From an uncultured virus (IMG/VR IMGVR_UViG_3300023184_000087) (Duplodnaviria > Heunggongvirae > Uroviricota > Caudoviricetes), in the IMG/VR virus record IMGVR_UViG_3300023184_000087, positions 1-64,000 of that record: 64,000 nucleotides of DNA; one strand, 5' to 3'. Below are positions 1 through 8,845 of this stretch, in pieces; position 1 is the stretch's first letter, and each line of letters starts with the position of its first letter. The translations under genes and the position numbers were made by a program. The notes under the pieces are model-generated. The model did not search any database, was not told where the DNA came from, and saw nothing but the letters and a program-made list of their open reading frames with translations.

Positions 1-277
1 GCTCCCATTCATTTTTTGATGGTCCCGATCTTTCTTCTTCGTCTCTATCAAACCTACTTTTTCTTGCCTGATACATCTCTGAACCAAGAATCGGTTTTAC
101 ACCGCAGGCACTTCCTGCGTCATAGAAGTCTAACCATGAATGTATATTACCGTGATCTGTAGTTGCTATGCCTTTCATCCCCAAAGACTTAGCTCTTTCT
201 AAATATTCCTCGACTCTACCGTGACCATCAAGCATCGAGAATACGGTATGGTTATGCAGGTTGGTCCAATTCTTCAA
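1..277 (-). CDS. dnaE: DNA polymerase III alpha subunit, N-terminal PHP domain (partial, runs off the left edge)
   Basis: Not in the ORF track. Translated by hand from TTG at 277: MKNWTNLHNHTVFSMLDGHGRVEEYLERAKSLGMKGIATTDHGNIHSWLDFYDAGSACGVKPILGSEMY, carrying the DnaE PHP motifs LHxHTxFSxLDG, TDHG and KPILGxE. Confidence 0.93.
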   Translation of the reverse strand, partial: MKNWTNLHNHTVFSMLDGHGRVEEYLERAKSLGMKGIATTDHGNIHSWLDFYDAGSACGVKPILGSEMYQARKSRFDRDEEERSGPSKNEWE

Positions 278-278
278 A

Positions 279-488
279 CTACAATCCTCTTTCAGTATCA
301 GAATTGTCTAGGGCTTGATCTCTGGTTTCTCTGTATGTTATTATAACAATTCCGCCACAATATTTACATGGAACAGATTTTCCAGCTTGAGCAAATGGGC
401 TATTATACATATATCGCATTGGTTGATCGGACTTACATTCAGAACATGTCCCTATAACGTCATCTGGGTCATTAATGTTGTTAGTCAT
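279..488 (-). CDS. Small zinc-ribbon protein
   Basis: 69 aa with CSEC and CKYC pairs; tightly packed between primase and dnaE. Confidence 0.7.
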   Translation of the reverse strand: MTNNINDPDDVIGTCSECKSDQPMRYMYNSPFAQAGKSVPCKYCGGIVIITYRETRDQALDNSDTERGL

Positions 489-1681
489 TTGTTATTTTCC
501 TTTTTGTTTTTATAGGCAAATCTTATTGGAGATGGATTTGATACCTCTGTTCCTTCAACAAATTTATTTCCTATTGTAATCCACTTCTTTTTTTTCTCTA
601 GATGACAATCACCACATCCAACTCCAGATGCGTTTGCTCTTTCACACGTATATGGTCTACCACCAATTCCTAACTGTCTTCTTTTAATCCAATCATTAAT
701 ATGACTTGTTGATTTTTCATAATTAAAATCATCGCATAAACTAAGAATACTATACAAAAACTTAATTGAATCTTCATTATAGGTTAATATAGAGCATAAG
801 AAAAGTCTCGATTCATGATCAAGCTTGCCGGTTTTTTTTGCACTCTCCATGTGCCTACCTATTGCAGGGCAACTTTCTAGCAATTCTTTTTCTGTAAAAA
901 TTTTTTCTGTTGTTCTTAAGGTTTTAAAAGCTGAAGATCCTTTTTTGTTAAAATAATCTAAAAAATCTTTTGATCTTTGTTTATCAATTTCCATATCATA
1001 AGTAAAATCCCTAAACCATTCGTTGGCTTTTAGGTCAAAAGATTGTTCCTCAATTACATTAATTGATTTTGTTTTACAATACAATTTAATATCATCCAAA
1101 CTAGAAAATAATATATCTTTTGATATTAAATTTTTATATAAACCAGTCTCCTGGTGCATGGAACCTGGATATCTCCACATTCTTCTTGCATCATACACGC
1201 TGAAATCTATTGATTCTATATTTAAATTTGATTTAATCTTAGTTGCAATATATCTAAAGATATTAGGTAGCGCGTTAGACGGATTTATCCCAAGCGCTAT
1301 TGGTTCACACTCAATATGAAAACCCTTTTTACCAGTAAAGTATACTAACAAAGATTTTTCTGGTATATATTTTTCTAAATATAAATATAACAATTTACAT
1401 TCTTCCCAGGATTTATTGGGATCAGAATTGTCTAAATCAAAGTATAATGATCCAAGCCTTATTGCCTCATTTATATTCGAAGAGTTATAATGCCAAATGG
1501 AAGTGTATATGCCAACATTTTCGTATTTTTTACAGTAACTATCCATGTCATATATAGGAGTAAATCTTGGATTTTCTCCATCTTTATCTCTAATAATTCT
1601 AGACAAAGATGGAACATACTTTGCTGTTTCAACAAGGTTCCATGAACTTAAGTACTTTGTTGGATCGGTTGGAATTTTCAT
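485..1681 (-). CDS. Archaeo-eukaryotic primase catalytic domain fused to a PriL-CTD-like Cys-rich domain
   Basis: AEP motifs LYFDLD, YFTGKKGFHI and DFSVYDARRMWRYPGS; C-terminal CPAI...LCDDF...PYTC...CGDC resembles the primase large-subunit Fe-S domain. Confidence 0.82.
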   Translation of the reverse strand: MKIPTDPTKYLSSWNLVETAKYVPSLSRIIRDKDGENPRFTPIYDMDSYCKKYENVGIYTSIWHYNSSNINEAIRLGSLYFDLDNSDPNKSWEECKLLYLYLEKYIPEKSLLVYFTGKKGFHIECEPIALGINPSNALPNIFRYIATKIKSNLNIESIDFSVYDARRMWRYPGSMHQETGLYKNLISKDILFSSLDDIKLYCKTKSINVIEEQSFDLKANEWFRDFTYDMEIDKQRSKDFLDYFNKKGSSAFKTLRTTEKIFTEKELLESCPAIGRHMESAKKTGKLDHESRLFLCSILTYNEDSIKFLYSILSLCDDFNYEKSTSHINDWIKRRQLGIGGRPYTCERANASGVGCGDCHLEKKKKWITIGNKFVEGTEVSNPSPIRFAYKNKKENNK

Positions 1682-1845
1682 AATATCTTTTTTTTATTTT
1701 CTATATTATTTATATTGCAAACTATTATCTTATTATCATTATTCATTAAGCTACTATTGGTTCTATAGTAAACAGATTCTGATATAAGATATTCTAAATG
1801 ATTTAAAAGATAGTTTCTTCTTTTAATTCTTTTTTCCGGTTCCAT
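1678..1845 (-). CDS. Small hypothetical protein (55 aa)
   Basis: Hand-translated MEPEKRIKRRNYLLNHLEYLISESVYYRTNSS...KKKIL; fills the gap and overlaps the primase start as ATGA. Confidence 0.5.
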   Translation of the reverse strand: MEPEKRIKRRNYLLNHLEYLISESVYYRTNSSLMNNDNKIIVCNINNIENKKKIL

Positions 1846-2512
1846 CTTTTCTCCATATTGGATTTATCAAATCGCTATCTTCTATTATACTATGTATTTT
1901 TGATGCGATGTTATCCGCAATGTGAACAATGTAATCTAAGTAAGTTATAGGATATGTTTCTGGCACTGGTGACCATGGGCCCAAGTGGCATCTAACTAAT
2001 CTCAGTATTGATTGAACAATGTCTTCTGATAGATAGAGAGTAGAAGACTCTAACTCTGAAGCAAACTGTTTATCACTTTTTTGGCAGTTTGAGATAAACT
2101 TTCCGACAGTATATGGATGCATTGGGTCATATTCAAATTTATCTGAATCCAGATTCTTTACACCCTTACAAACATCATGTAGCAAACATGCAGATATAAC
2201 TATATCTTTTTCTTCCAAAGAAAGATTATAAGATTCACAAAGAAGATTAGCTATTCTGACCACTCTCTTGGTATGAAGAACATTCCCCCCTTCACCATGC
2301 TCATCTGCTGGGTGGTACTTTCCACTAAAGCTTGATGGTATTTTCCAAAAAGAATCAGCTTTTATTAATATGGATCTAATAAAAGATCTTATACTTTCGT
2401 CATTAATTAAATTAATTTCATTCAAAATAGAATCTAACATTTCATTTTCAGAGGATAGTGAACTATCTTCTTTTTGACTTGTTAAGATATCATCCAGTAT
2501 TGATTTAGTCAT
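1823..2512 (-). CDS. HD-domain phosphohydrolase (YhaM-like HD)
   Basis: KYHP...GGNVLHTKRV...LLHDVCKG...RCHLGPW...VHIADNIAS. Likely start is MTKS at 2512, overlapping the upstream stop. Confidence 0.8.
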   Translation of the reverse strand: MTKSILDDILTSQKEDSSLSSENEMLDSILNEINLINDESIRSFIRSILIKADSFWKIPSSFSGKYHPADEHGEGGNVLHTKRVVRIANLLCESYNLSLEEKDIVISACLLHDVCKGVKNLDSDKFEYDPMHPYTVGKFISNCQKSDKQFASELESSTLYLSEDIVQSILRLVRCHLGPWSPVPETYPITYLDYIVHIADNIASKIHSIIEDSDLINPIWRKDGTGKKN

Positions 2513-3299
2513 TATTTTTATCCTTCTTCCATCCATCCCATTTTGAACACGGTGTATCAAAAGGGCACTTTTTACAGTATGTTATAAGCCCTCTTTTGGG
2601 GGCAAATATTTCGGTAGCCAATAGCTTCTCATGCCATAGTTCTAAATTATTAATATCAGAATCTGAAACTATAAATTCAAAAAAATTTAAATTTTGGCTC
2701 ATTAAATCTATAATCCCAAATTTTACTTCAGACATTCTTTCTGGGTGTCTAGTTTCAAAACCCTTATACAATGCGGCAAAATCGATTCTATATTGATCTC
2801 TGTTGCTTTGTTTGTAGTTAAACATTAATTTAATAACATAAAAAATTTTATCTTTATATAAAATAACATCAAAAGTATCCGATATATTATTCCCTTTTGT
2901 TCCTGGAACAAAATAATCATCAGCAATCGCTACTGGGATGTAATTTGAATCACTATATTTTTCATAAAACATTAGTAGGGACGCAGCTGCCTTTGATGTT
3001 AAGCTAGACATGTTGCCATACGCTGTCTCGTGTTGCTCTGTGACAATGTCGTATGAACTTGTGCCCTTAGGGAACCACATCTTTTCCCATCTATTCAACA
3101 GTGCCGCATACGAGGGTACAATCCCAGATTGTTTTTTAAAAAAGAAAAAATAAATAATATTTTTTATAGTGTTTTCAAATTTATTTGTATAAATATCTCT
3201 TGAATATATTTTTTCTGGAGCTTTTTCCAGATGTCTATAATCATAAAGTCTTTCACATATTTGAAAATCTTTAAGACCATTTACTGTAATATTTGCCAT
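2505..3299 (-). CDS. Cas4/RecB-like PD-(D/E)XK nuclease-fold protein with an Fe-S cysteine set, catalytic motif degenerate
   Basis: N-terminal LKDFQICER, central DTFDVILY...VIKL and C-terminal CKKCPFDTPC. Confidence 0.65.
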   Translation of the reverse strand: MANITVNGLKDFQICERLYDYRHLEKAPEKIYSRDIYTNKFENTIKNIIYFFFFKKQSGIVPSYAALLNRWEKMWFPKGTSSYDIVTEQHETAYGNMSSLTSKAAASLLMFYEKYSDSNYIPVAIADDYFVPGTKGNNISDTFDVILYKDKIFYVIKLMFNYKQSNRDQYRIDFAALYKGFETRHPERMSEVKFGIIDLMSQNLNFFEFIVSDSDINNLELWHEKLLATEIFAPKRGLITYCKKCPFDTPCSKWDGWKKDKNND

Positions 3300-4762
3300 T
3301 AGTGAAAATCCTTGCCGCTTAATAAGTCATCAAGCAATGAGTTGGATGAGGTATATGAACTATCTGTTACTGGCTCATATTCTTCATATGTTTTTTTGTA
3401 ATCGACATACTTAACCAAAGGTGGATCATGGAGAAATGACGAACCAGTAATTCTATTTTTGGGTATCTGAAGCTGCATGATGTTTTCATCTTCTGTTTCA
3501 TCATCTGTTGCTAGTCTCTTTTCGGTCAAGAATATTGTAACTGCACACTTTTGTTGAATCGTCAATGATCCACCAGTATCAGACTGCTGAACAACCTCAC
3601 GCTTTTCTCTCATTCTATTTGCATTTTCTTGTGCCGTAATAATAAGCGCACAGTTCATATCTCTAGCTAATTTTTCTAAGCGAACCATCATCTCTTCAAA
3701 TTCACTCCATCTTGGCTTGCCCTTGCCCCTAGTAAACATTGATTGTATGGTATCGATTATAACTACATCCGGCATCATGGAGTTCTGGCCTATTATATCT
3801 CTAAGCCAAAATTCTAAATCTTCAAAATATGGAGTATCAGGATCATGCCTAACCATCAATCTATTGCCCCAACTAGAAAGCTTTGATTTAAAAATTTCTA
3901 AATATTTAGATCTTTCGTCTTCGGACCACTTAGATGCTTCTAGGTATACATTTTTTTCTATTATCTGTGTCATTAGAATTCTTTCCCAGTGCCCAATTGC
4001 CTCTTCAAAATTTATATAAAGAACTCTATACCCATTGTCTAGCCAATTGTTGGCCAAACACTTTGCAAATGTACTTTTTCCTTTTCCTGAAGCTGCTATG
4101 ATTGCATGAACTGCGCCTCTGAAAAAACCACCCTCATCGGTATACCCCATAGCCCTATTGAGAGCCTTGAACTGTGTTGGCAAGAAGCTAGGAATGTCTA
4201 ATAGGGAATCAACTCTTTCAATTATGTCAAGACCAGTCGTTACTTTATCTAGGGGATTGTATTTAATTTGGTTTTCTAATTCCCTAATTTCCGACGTAAG
4301 AGTTTGAACTCGTGCAATATCTTCTTCGGTTTTAATACCTTTTTGAGTAAGGATATTTTGTAATTCTTGCAAATAGTTAATTTGTTTTCTTTTATTTGCT
4401 TTATGCTTAATTAATTCTGCTATAGCATCGGGGCTAGATAATTCTATGGTATTAAGAATATCTAACATTATTGTGATCCCAGGATTGCCCCCCAAAGCTT
4501 CGTATATATTGGAATCACTTTGCAGCCAAGACTTAAAGGCTATTGGATTAACTATATTTAAATTAGTTGCTTTGTAAAAAGATAAAAGGGCTACATAGAA
4601 TTCATTAATTCCTTTTTCTCCATGAATTGTACCAACAATTTGTTCTGGAAGATTATCATAGAAATATGATATAGCACCCTCGTGCCTAATGGCCAATGCA
4701 AATATTTGATACTCTAAAGGTACAGAGTCTTTATTTATTTCGCTTGTTGGTTCCATTTTCAT
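3299..4762 (-). CDS. dnaB: Replicative DNA helicase, DnaB-like (SF4)
   Basis: Walker A AASGKGKST, YINFEE, Walker B VIIDTIQ, TAQEN and IPKNR. Confidence 0.9.
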   Translation of the reverse strand: MKMEPTSEINKDSVPLEYQIFALAIRHEGAISYFYDNLPEQIVGTIHGEKGINEFYVALLSFYKATNLNIVNPIAFKSWLQSDSNIYEALGGNPGITIMLDILNTIELSSPDAIAELIKHKANKRKQINYLQELQNILTQKGIKTEEDIARVQTLTSEIRELENQIKYNPLDKVTTGLDIIERVDSLLDIPSFLPTQFKALNRAMGYTDEGGFFRGAVHAIIAASGKGKSTFAKCLANNWLDNGYRVLYINFEEAIGHWERILMTQIIEKNVYLEASKWSEDERSKYLEIFKSKLSSWGNRLMVRHDPDTPYFEDLEFWLRDIIGQNSMMPDVVIIDTIQSMFTRGKGKPRWSEFEEMMVRLEKLARDMNCALIITAQENANRMREKREVVQQSDTGGSLTIQQKCAVTIFLTEKRLATDDETEDENIMQLQIPKNRITGSSFLHDPPLVKYVDYKKTYEEYEPVTDSSYTSSNSLLDDLLSGKDFH

Positions 4763-5387
4763 TTCTTTTTTGTTTTGCTAGTCTATATGCTTTTTTTCTA
4801 TATTCAGAATTTTTCTTCTTAACCATTTTATAGGCTGTTGTGTCTACAACTTTGTTCTTAGGTTTATCCTTTGGGATAAACGGGCTATGCCTAATTGCCT
4901 CCATCATTCTTTCAAAAACAGACTCTTCTGTTAGCTTATCATTGTATCTGAAAACAACAAGTGCAATTCCATTTTGCTTGCAAAATTCCATTTTTATAAT
5001 GTCTCTTTGAAGTGCTTCCTCAAATTCATATTTAGAATCAAAAAATCTTTGAGTATAAAAGAAATGCTGCCTACCATGGTATTCAGCGGCCACCTGATAA
5101 CTTGGGCAGTAGACATCTAGCTTGAGTCTATCCCCAATATGAAATTCATTAATTATTTTTTCACCAGGAAGCAGCTTCTGCATTATTGCAGTTAGAGCTG
5201 TTTGTCCTCTAGACATTTTCTTCTTAGAATTTTTTAACCAGTTTAAACCTAATCTATTTATTTCTTTATTTAATTTATTTATATTCCACCCAAGCTCTTT
5301 ACATATATCAGACAAAGACATAGATGTATCGAATAACAGATCCGTTAAATGCTCTACCTCTTCTCTATCTTGGGAATTATTTTGCAT
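4731..5387 (-). CDS. HTH plus DUF559/Vsr-like endonuclease
   Basis: N-terminal helix-turn-helix (MSLSDICKELGW) and nuclease motif LKLDVYCPSYQVAAEYHGRQHF...RDIIKMEFCKQNGIALVVFRY. Confidence 0.7.
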   Translation of the reverse strand: MQNNSQDREEVEHLTDLLFDTSMSLSDICKELGWNINKLNKEINRLGLNWLKNSKKKMSRGQTALTAIMQKLLPGEKIINEFHIGDRLKLDVYCPSYQVAAEYHGRQHFFYTQRFFDSKYEFEEALQRDIIKMEFCKQNGIALVVFRYNDKLTEESVFERMMEAIRHSPFIPKDKPKNKVVDTTAYKMVKKKNSEYRKKAYRLAKQKRNENGTNKRNK

Positions 5388-6027
5388 TTATTGGGTTTGC
5401 TGATTGATGATTGTTGTCCTTCGTAAAGTTTAAAGTTTTTCCTAAATCAATAATAGACATGTCTAATTCATTCCATATCTTGTGGGACAAAGCTAGTCCT
5501 AGTGAACTGCAGTCTAACAAACAGTATTGTACTTTGCCGTTTAAGTTTTTTAATTGATCAAATATTTCTTCGTATTTATTATACATACTTGTATATGATA
5601 TATTGATAATATTTTTCTTTAGTCCAAGTACATTAGAAATTCTTTTTTGATCATGGAGAGAAACAACTACAGAAGGTGTATTTGTAATGTAAAAAGAAAT
5701 AAGAGAATCAAATACTGGTTTATTATTTTCTAAATAATATTCAAATACATTAGGATAATGATAGTATATTTCTTTATTTAATCCAATTGTAGAATACTTA
5801 CCATCTTGCACTTCCTTCATTAGATCATACGAAACATTTTTCATTACTCTATCACCAGAAAGATTAATGGAATTAATTATTTCTTTAGAAACATTTGATG
5901 GAAATGTTTTTTCATTTTTTTTATTTAATCCTATAATTGAAGATTTAGATATATTAATGAATGCAAATTTCTTATCACTATTCATTAAACCCGTTAATTG
6001 AATAAGAGATCTATTTATATTTTTCAT
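5377..6027 (-). CDS. GT-D fold (DUF1792)-like glycosyltransferase, divergent
   Basis: C-terminal LGLALSHKIW...IIDLGKTL resembles the GT-D family end motif; adjacent to a GT2 gene. Confidence 0.45.
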   Translation of the reverse strand: MKNINRSLIQLTGLMNSDKKFAFINISKSSIIGLNKKNEKTFPSNVSKEIINSINLSGDRVMKNVSYDLMKEVQDGKYSTIGLNKEIYYHYPNVFEYYLENNKPVFDSLISFYITNTPSVVVSLHDQKRISNVLGLKKNIINISYTSMYNKYEEIFDQLKNLNGKVQYCLLDCSSLGLALSHKIWNELDMSIIDLGKTLNFTKDNNHQSANPINAK

Positions 6028-6036
6028 ATTTACTCC

Positions 6037-6750
6037 TTAAAGTCCAAAGTTTCCCCAGTTTATTAAAACTGGATTTTCATCTAATATAGAATTAATATGA
6101 GATAAATTATGATATTTACCACCATCTATCTCAGAATATCTTTTATATTTTTTTTGCTTATCTTCATCAAAGATATATCCGAGATGCTGCATTACGAGAC
6201 CAGAATTTATCCAAAAGTTTCTTCTATTGATCCATTCTGATACGTATGTTGGTTCAGACCCACAAGCCAATGCTCTGTCATTAAACTGACCACCAGGTAT
6301 GAATCTAAATATTCTCGAACTATTATTTGGTGCCCAGAGTTTATCTACTCTATATTTAGTTTCATCCCACATGTGATAGAACCTAACATTAACTACATCT
6401 TGTTCAGAGGAATCTAAGACTGTTTTTATGTCAAGCGAATTAAGATTATCTAATCTGTAAAGCATCTCGTCGCAATCTATCGCGATAATCCAATCGCCCG
6501 GACTAGCATGTTTTTCTAGATTAGACCAGGCAGCTGTTCTTAGTCTTCCCTCGTGAACTGCAAATGTTGGTTCTGTAGTTTTATATACATGCGCATAATC
6601 TGATGCTATACCAGCGGTGTTATCTTCTGAGCAGTCGTCAGTAAAGACAATTTCATCAACTTGATTTGATATTCTACTTAATACATTTTTTAAGAATCTA
6701 TCTTCTTCATTTCTTCCGACCATTTGAGCAATAATTTTTTGTTTAGACAT
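6037..6750 (-). CDS. Glycosyltransferase family 2
   Basis: VGRNEE, DDCSEDNT, DXD motif IDCDE, and QHLGY. Confidence 0.88.
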   Translation of the reverse strand: MSKQKIIAQMVGRNEEDRFLKNVLSRISNQVDEIVFTDDCSEDNTAGIASDYAHVYKTTEPTFAVHEGRLRTAAWSNLEKHASPGDWIIAIDCDEMLYRLDNLNSLDIKTVLDSSEQDVVNVRFYHMWDETKYRVDKLWAPNNSSRIFRFIPGGQFNDRALACGSEPTYVSEWINRRNFWINSGLVMQHLGYIFDEDKQKKYKRYSEIDGGKYHNLSHINSILDENPVLINWGNFGL

Positions 6751-6760
6751 TTTTATCCCT

Positions 6761-6799
6761 AAAATAAAGGGGGTGATAGTTATTAAACTACCACCCCCT
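6761..6799 (-). terminator. Intrinsic terminator
   Basis: Minus strand AGGGGGTGGTAGT-ttaata-ACTATCACCCCCT followed by TTATTTT, just after the 64-aa gene. Confidence 0.75.
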
Positions 6800-6811
6800 A
6801 TCCAATAATAA

Positions 6812-7006
6812 TTAGCTTTCTACTTGCTCTCTTGCTTCAACAGCTGTAATGCGTTGAACATCAACATCCTTGAACAAGAGTTCTCCACGAGTTCCAGACA
6901 ACTTACGCGAATTGCTAGATGCAATTTTCTGTGCCTCAGCTACAGTAGGTGCCTTAACGATTGACGTTGTTGTAATTGTGAAGTATTTGAATTTATTTTC
7001 AGCCAT
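6812..7006 (-). CDS. Small hypothetical protein, similar to the N-terminus of the metallophosphoesterase at 33760-35019
   Basis: RBS GAAAGGAAA, upstream promoter-like gap and downstream terminator. Confidence 0.7.
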   Translation of the reverse strand: MAENKFKYFTITTTSIVKAPTVAEAQKIASSNSRKLSGTRGELLFKDVDVQRITAVEAREQVES

Positions 7007-7051
7007 TAGTTTTCCTTTCGGCTATTTATGTTATTGGTTTATATTGCACTT

Positions 7052-7082
7052 ATATACTACAACCTAAAGCATGCGCAATGCA
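7052..7082 (-). promoter_or_regulatory. Candidate sigma70-like promoter for the 64-aa gene
   Basis: TTGCAT/TTGCGC about 16-18 nt upstream of TAGTAT/TATATA in the intergenic gap. Confidence 0.35.
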
Positions 7083-7102
7083 AGTTGTTCTGCAAGTTTT
7101 AA

Positions 7103-7531
7103 TTAATTTTTTCCACTAGCCAACTCTTTAACCGGCCAATAATAATCTAAGTTGTTGGGTTCATCAAAATATTGCGAATAATATTCATAGTCTTTGCGAA
7201 GTAGATTAGATCTATGTGATCTATGAAATTCTTCTAAGCCGAACCAAGGTGGCATAGTCGCAGAATCAATATCGACATCCTCGTACTGCATAGTGTTTTT
7301 GTACCCTCTATTAACCCATTCTTGAATGGTGTAATTTTGATACAACTGCAGGGCGGCTTCGTAGCCCTTCCACATTAAGGTCACTGGATGATTGCGCCAT
7401 CCTTTTGTTGGCGTACGATCAAGTAGGATATTTAGAACTTGAAATGTTTCTACGCGCTGTTTTCCAAGTCTACGATAATCCAAAACTTGAATTGATTTTT
7501 GTAAATTTGCATACGGTAAAAATGTTTGCAT
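7103..7531 (-). CDS. denV: Pyrimidine-dimer DNA glycosylase / endonuclease V family (MSMEG_6728-like)
   Basis: MQTFLPY...LDYRRLGKQRVETFQVL...GWRNHPVTLMWKGY...HRSHRSNLLRKD...YYWP. True start is probably MQTF at 7531. Confidence 0.85.
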   Translation of the reverse strand: MQTFLPYANLQKSIQVLDYRRLGKQRVETFQVLNILLDRTPTKGWRNHPVTLMWKGYEAALQLYQNYTIQEWVNRGYKNTMQYEDVDIDSATMPPWFGLEEFHRSHRSNLLRKDYEYYSQYFDEPNNLDYYWPVKELASGKN

Positions 7532-7536
7532 TGTGT

Positions 7537-7815
7537 CTAGTCCAATTCTAAAGGCATCACTATTATCGGAGTTTGGTCGCCAATCCAAGCTCCAATGCAA
7601 TTATACTCGATGTATTCTACCGCTTCTTCATGAGTCATGCCATCCCCAGTTGTGCAAACGTCAATCATTTTTTCCCAAGAATAAACAGCTAATAAAGGTT
7701 GGTTTATTCTTTGTGACAAACCAATTAATGCTTCATCAAAACCATCCATTAAAACAACACTTTCTTCCATGTCATTTAAGTGTTGATTTATTTTTTCCCG
7801 TAATGATAGTGACAT
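7537..7815 (-). CDS. Hypothetical phage protein
   Basis: MDGFDEALIG...VYSWEKM...EEAVEYIEYNCIGAWIGDQTP, a pattern I recognise from small phage proteins. Confidence 0.7.
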   Translation of the reverse strand: MSLSLREKINQHLNDMEESVVLMDGFDEALIGLSQRINQPLLAVYSWEKMIDVCTTGDGMTHEEAVEYIEYNCIGAWIGDQTPIIVMPLELD

Positions 7816-7820
7816 TTAAA

Positions 7821-7880
7821 TTATTTCTTAAACTCTTGAAATTTTTTATTGCCTACACCAAAATATTTTCTAGTTTGCAT
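7821..7880 (-). repeat. Degenerate direct repeat of the thermonuclease 3' end (mini-ORF MQTRKYFGVGNKKFQEFKK)
   Basis: CTAGAAAATATTTTGGTGTAGGCAATAAAAAATTTCAAGAGTTTAAGAA aligns without gaps to CTAGAGAATACTTTGGAGTAGGCGATAAAACATTTGAGGAATTTAAGAA at about 8450-8498. Confidence 0.8.
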
Positions 7881-8442
7881 TTTTAATTTCCTTAAAGAAT
7901 GTTGTTGATATTATTTTATTTCCACTTATAATTTCTTCTGCTCTATGAGTTAAATGAGAGGGAAGTAATACTAAACTATTCTCTATAGGCTTAACAGTAA
8001 TTTTTAATTCTGGAAAAAATAAATTACCACCTTCAAAATCTTGATTAACATAATAAACGGCTGTGTAAGTCATCTTTTTTTCTTCATCTGAAGAAAATAA
8101 ATCATTATGATCCATAAAAAAATTTCCAGGATTATAAAGTGATATCATACCGCAGTATTGGCTATGCTCCCATTGACTTACGTGAGTTGTGTTTAGTGTT
8201 AAATTTAACACTTTTATCATTTGTTCATTTAAGGAGGATACAATTTCATACAAAATTGGATTGCTACTATCTACAGCTTTTACCCAAAAATCGTGTGAGT
8301 CAAAATCATTTTTTTTAAAAACATTGTTTTGATAACTAAAAAAATCTAAATTATCAATCTGATTTAAAATTAAATCTTTAAATTTTTTATGAAGAGAAAA
8401 AAAATTTTTAATACGATAAATACCATTACCTAAATGTTGCAC
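7870..8442 (-). CDS. 2OG-Fe(II) oxygenase (prolyl-4-hydroxylase-like)
   Basis: HxD motif (DHND), YTAVYYVNQDFEGGNLFF and distal His in THRAEEIISGNK; GTG start. Confidence 0.85.
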   Translation of the reverse strand: MQHLGNGIYRIKNFFSLHKKFKDLILNQIDNLDFFSYQNNVFKKNDFDSHDFWVKAVDSSNPILYEIVSSLNEQMIKVLNLTLNTTHVSQWEHSQYCGMISLYNPGNFFMDHNDLFSSDEEKKMTYTAVYYVNQDFEGGNLFFPELKITVKPIENSLVLLPSHLTHRAEEIISGNKIISTTFFKEIKNAN

Positions 8443-8844
8443 TTACGCCTTCTTAAATTCCTCAAATGTTTTATCGCCTACTCCAAAGTATTCTCTAGCT
8501 AATCCAGCTTTAACGATTTCTGTGTTAAGGCATTCGCCAGCTTCGTTCCATACTCTAGCCAGAATTCTGCCGTACTTCTCATTCTTGTCTAGGATAGTTT
8601 CGATCTTTACTTTATTATTAGCTTTCTTGATCCATTGATCGGTGAACTCTTTTGCAGCGAGCCCCATCTTCTTTTCCTCTAGATTTGTAGTGCGGCTTTC
8701 TGGTGTATTAACACCATATAATCTGACACTCTTTGGTCCAATGTGAACCTCAAAACCAAGATCTATCTTAATCTTGAATGTGTCTCCGTCTACTATCTTA
8801 ACCACTTCTGCATTGTAAAGGTAAACATTAAATTGATCTGACAT
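8443..8844 (-). CDS. Thermonuclease (SNase family)
   Basis: VVKIVDGDTF, VRLYGVNTPE, KYGRILA and LNTEIVKAGLA. Confidence 0.92.
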   Translation of the reverse strand: MSDQFNVYLYNAEVVKIVDGDTFKIKIDLGFEVHIGPKSVRLYGVNTPESRTTNLEEKKMGLAAKEFTDQWIKKANNKVKIETILDKNEKYGRILARVWNEAGECLNTEIVKAGLAREYFGVGDKTFEEFKKA

Positions 8845-8845
8845 T

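Noticed and set aside
2513..2560. N-terminal extensions in the ORF track for the HD protein (and for denV at 7532-7600)
   Set aside because: They overlap upstream genes in another frame; family-like sequence begins at MTKS (2512) and MQTF (7531).
2505..3299. CRISPR-Cas system suggested by the Cas4-like gene
   Set aside because: No repeat-spacer array or other cas genes were seen; stand-alone Cas4-like genes are common in phage replication modules.
7798..7800. In-frame CGG in the 92-aa gene as a fourth frameshift site
   Set aside because: It is followed by G, not A, and the gene continues in frame; the true start may also lie downstream. Kept as a control or counter-example.
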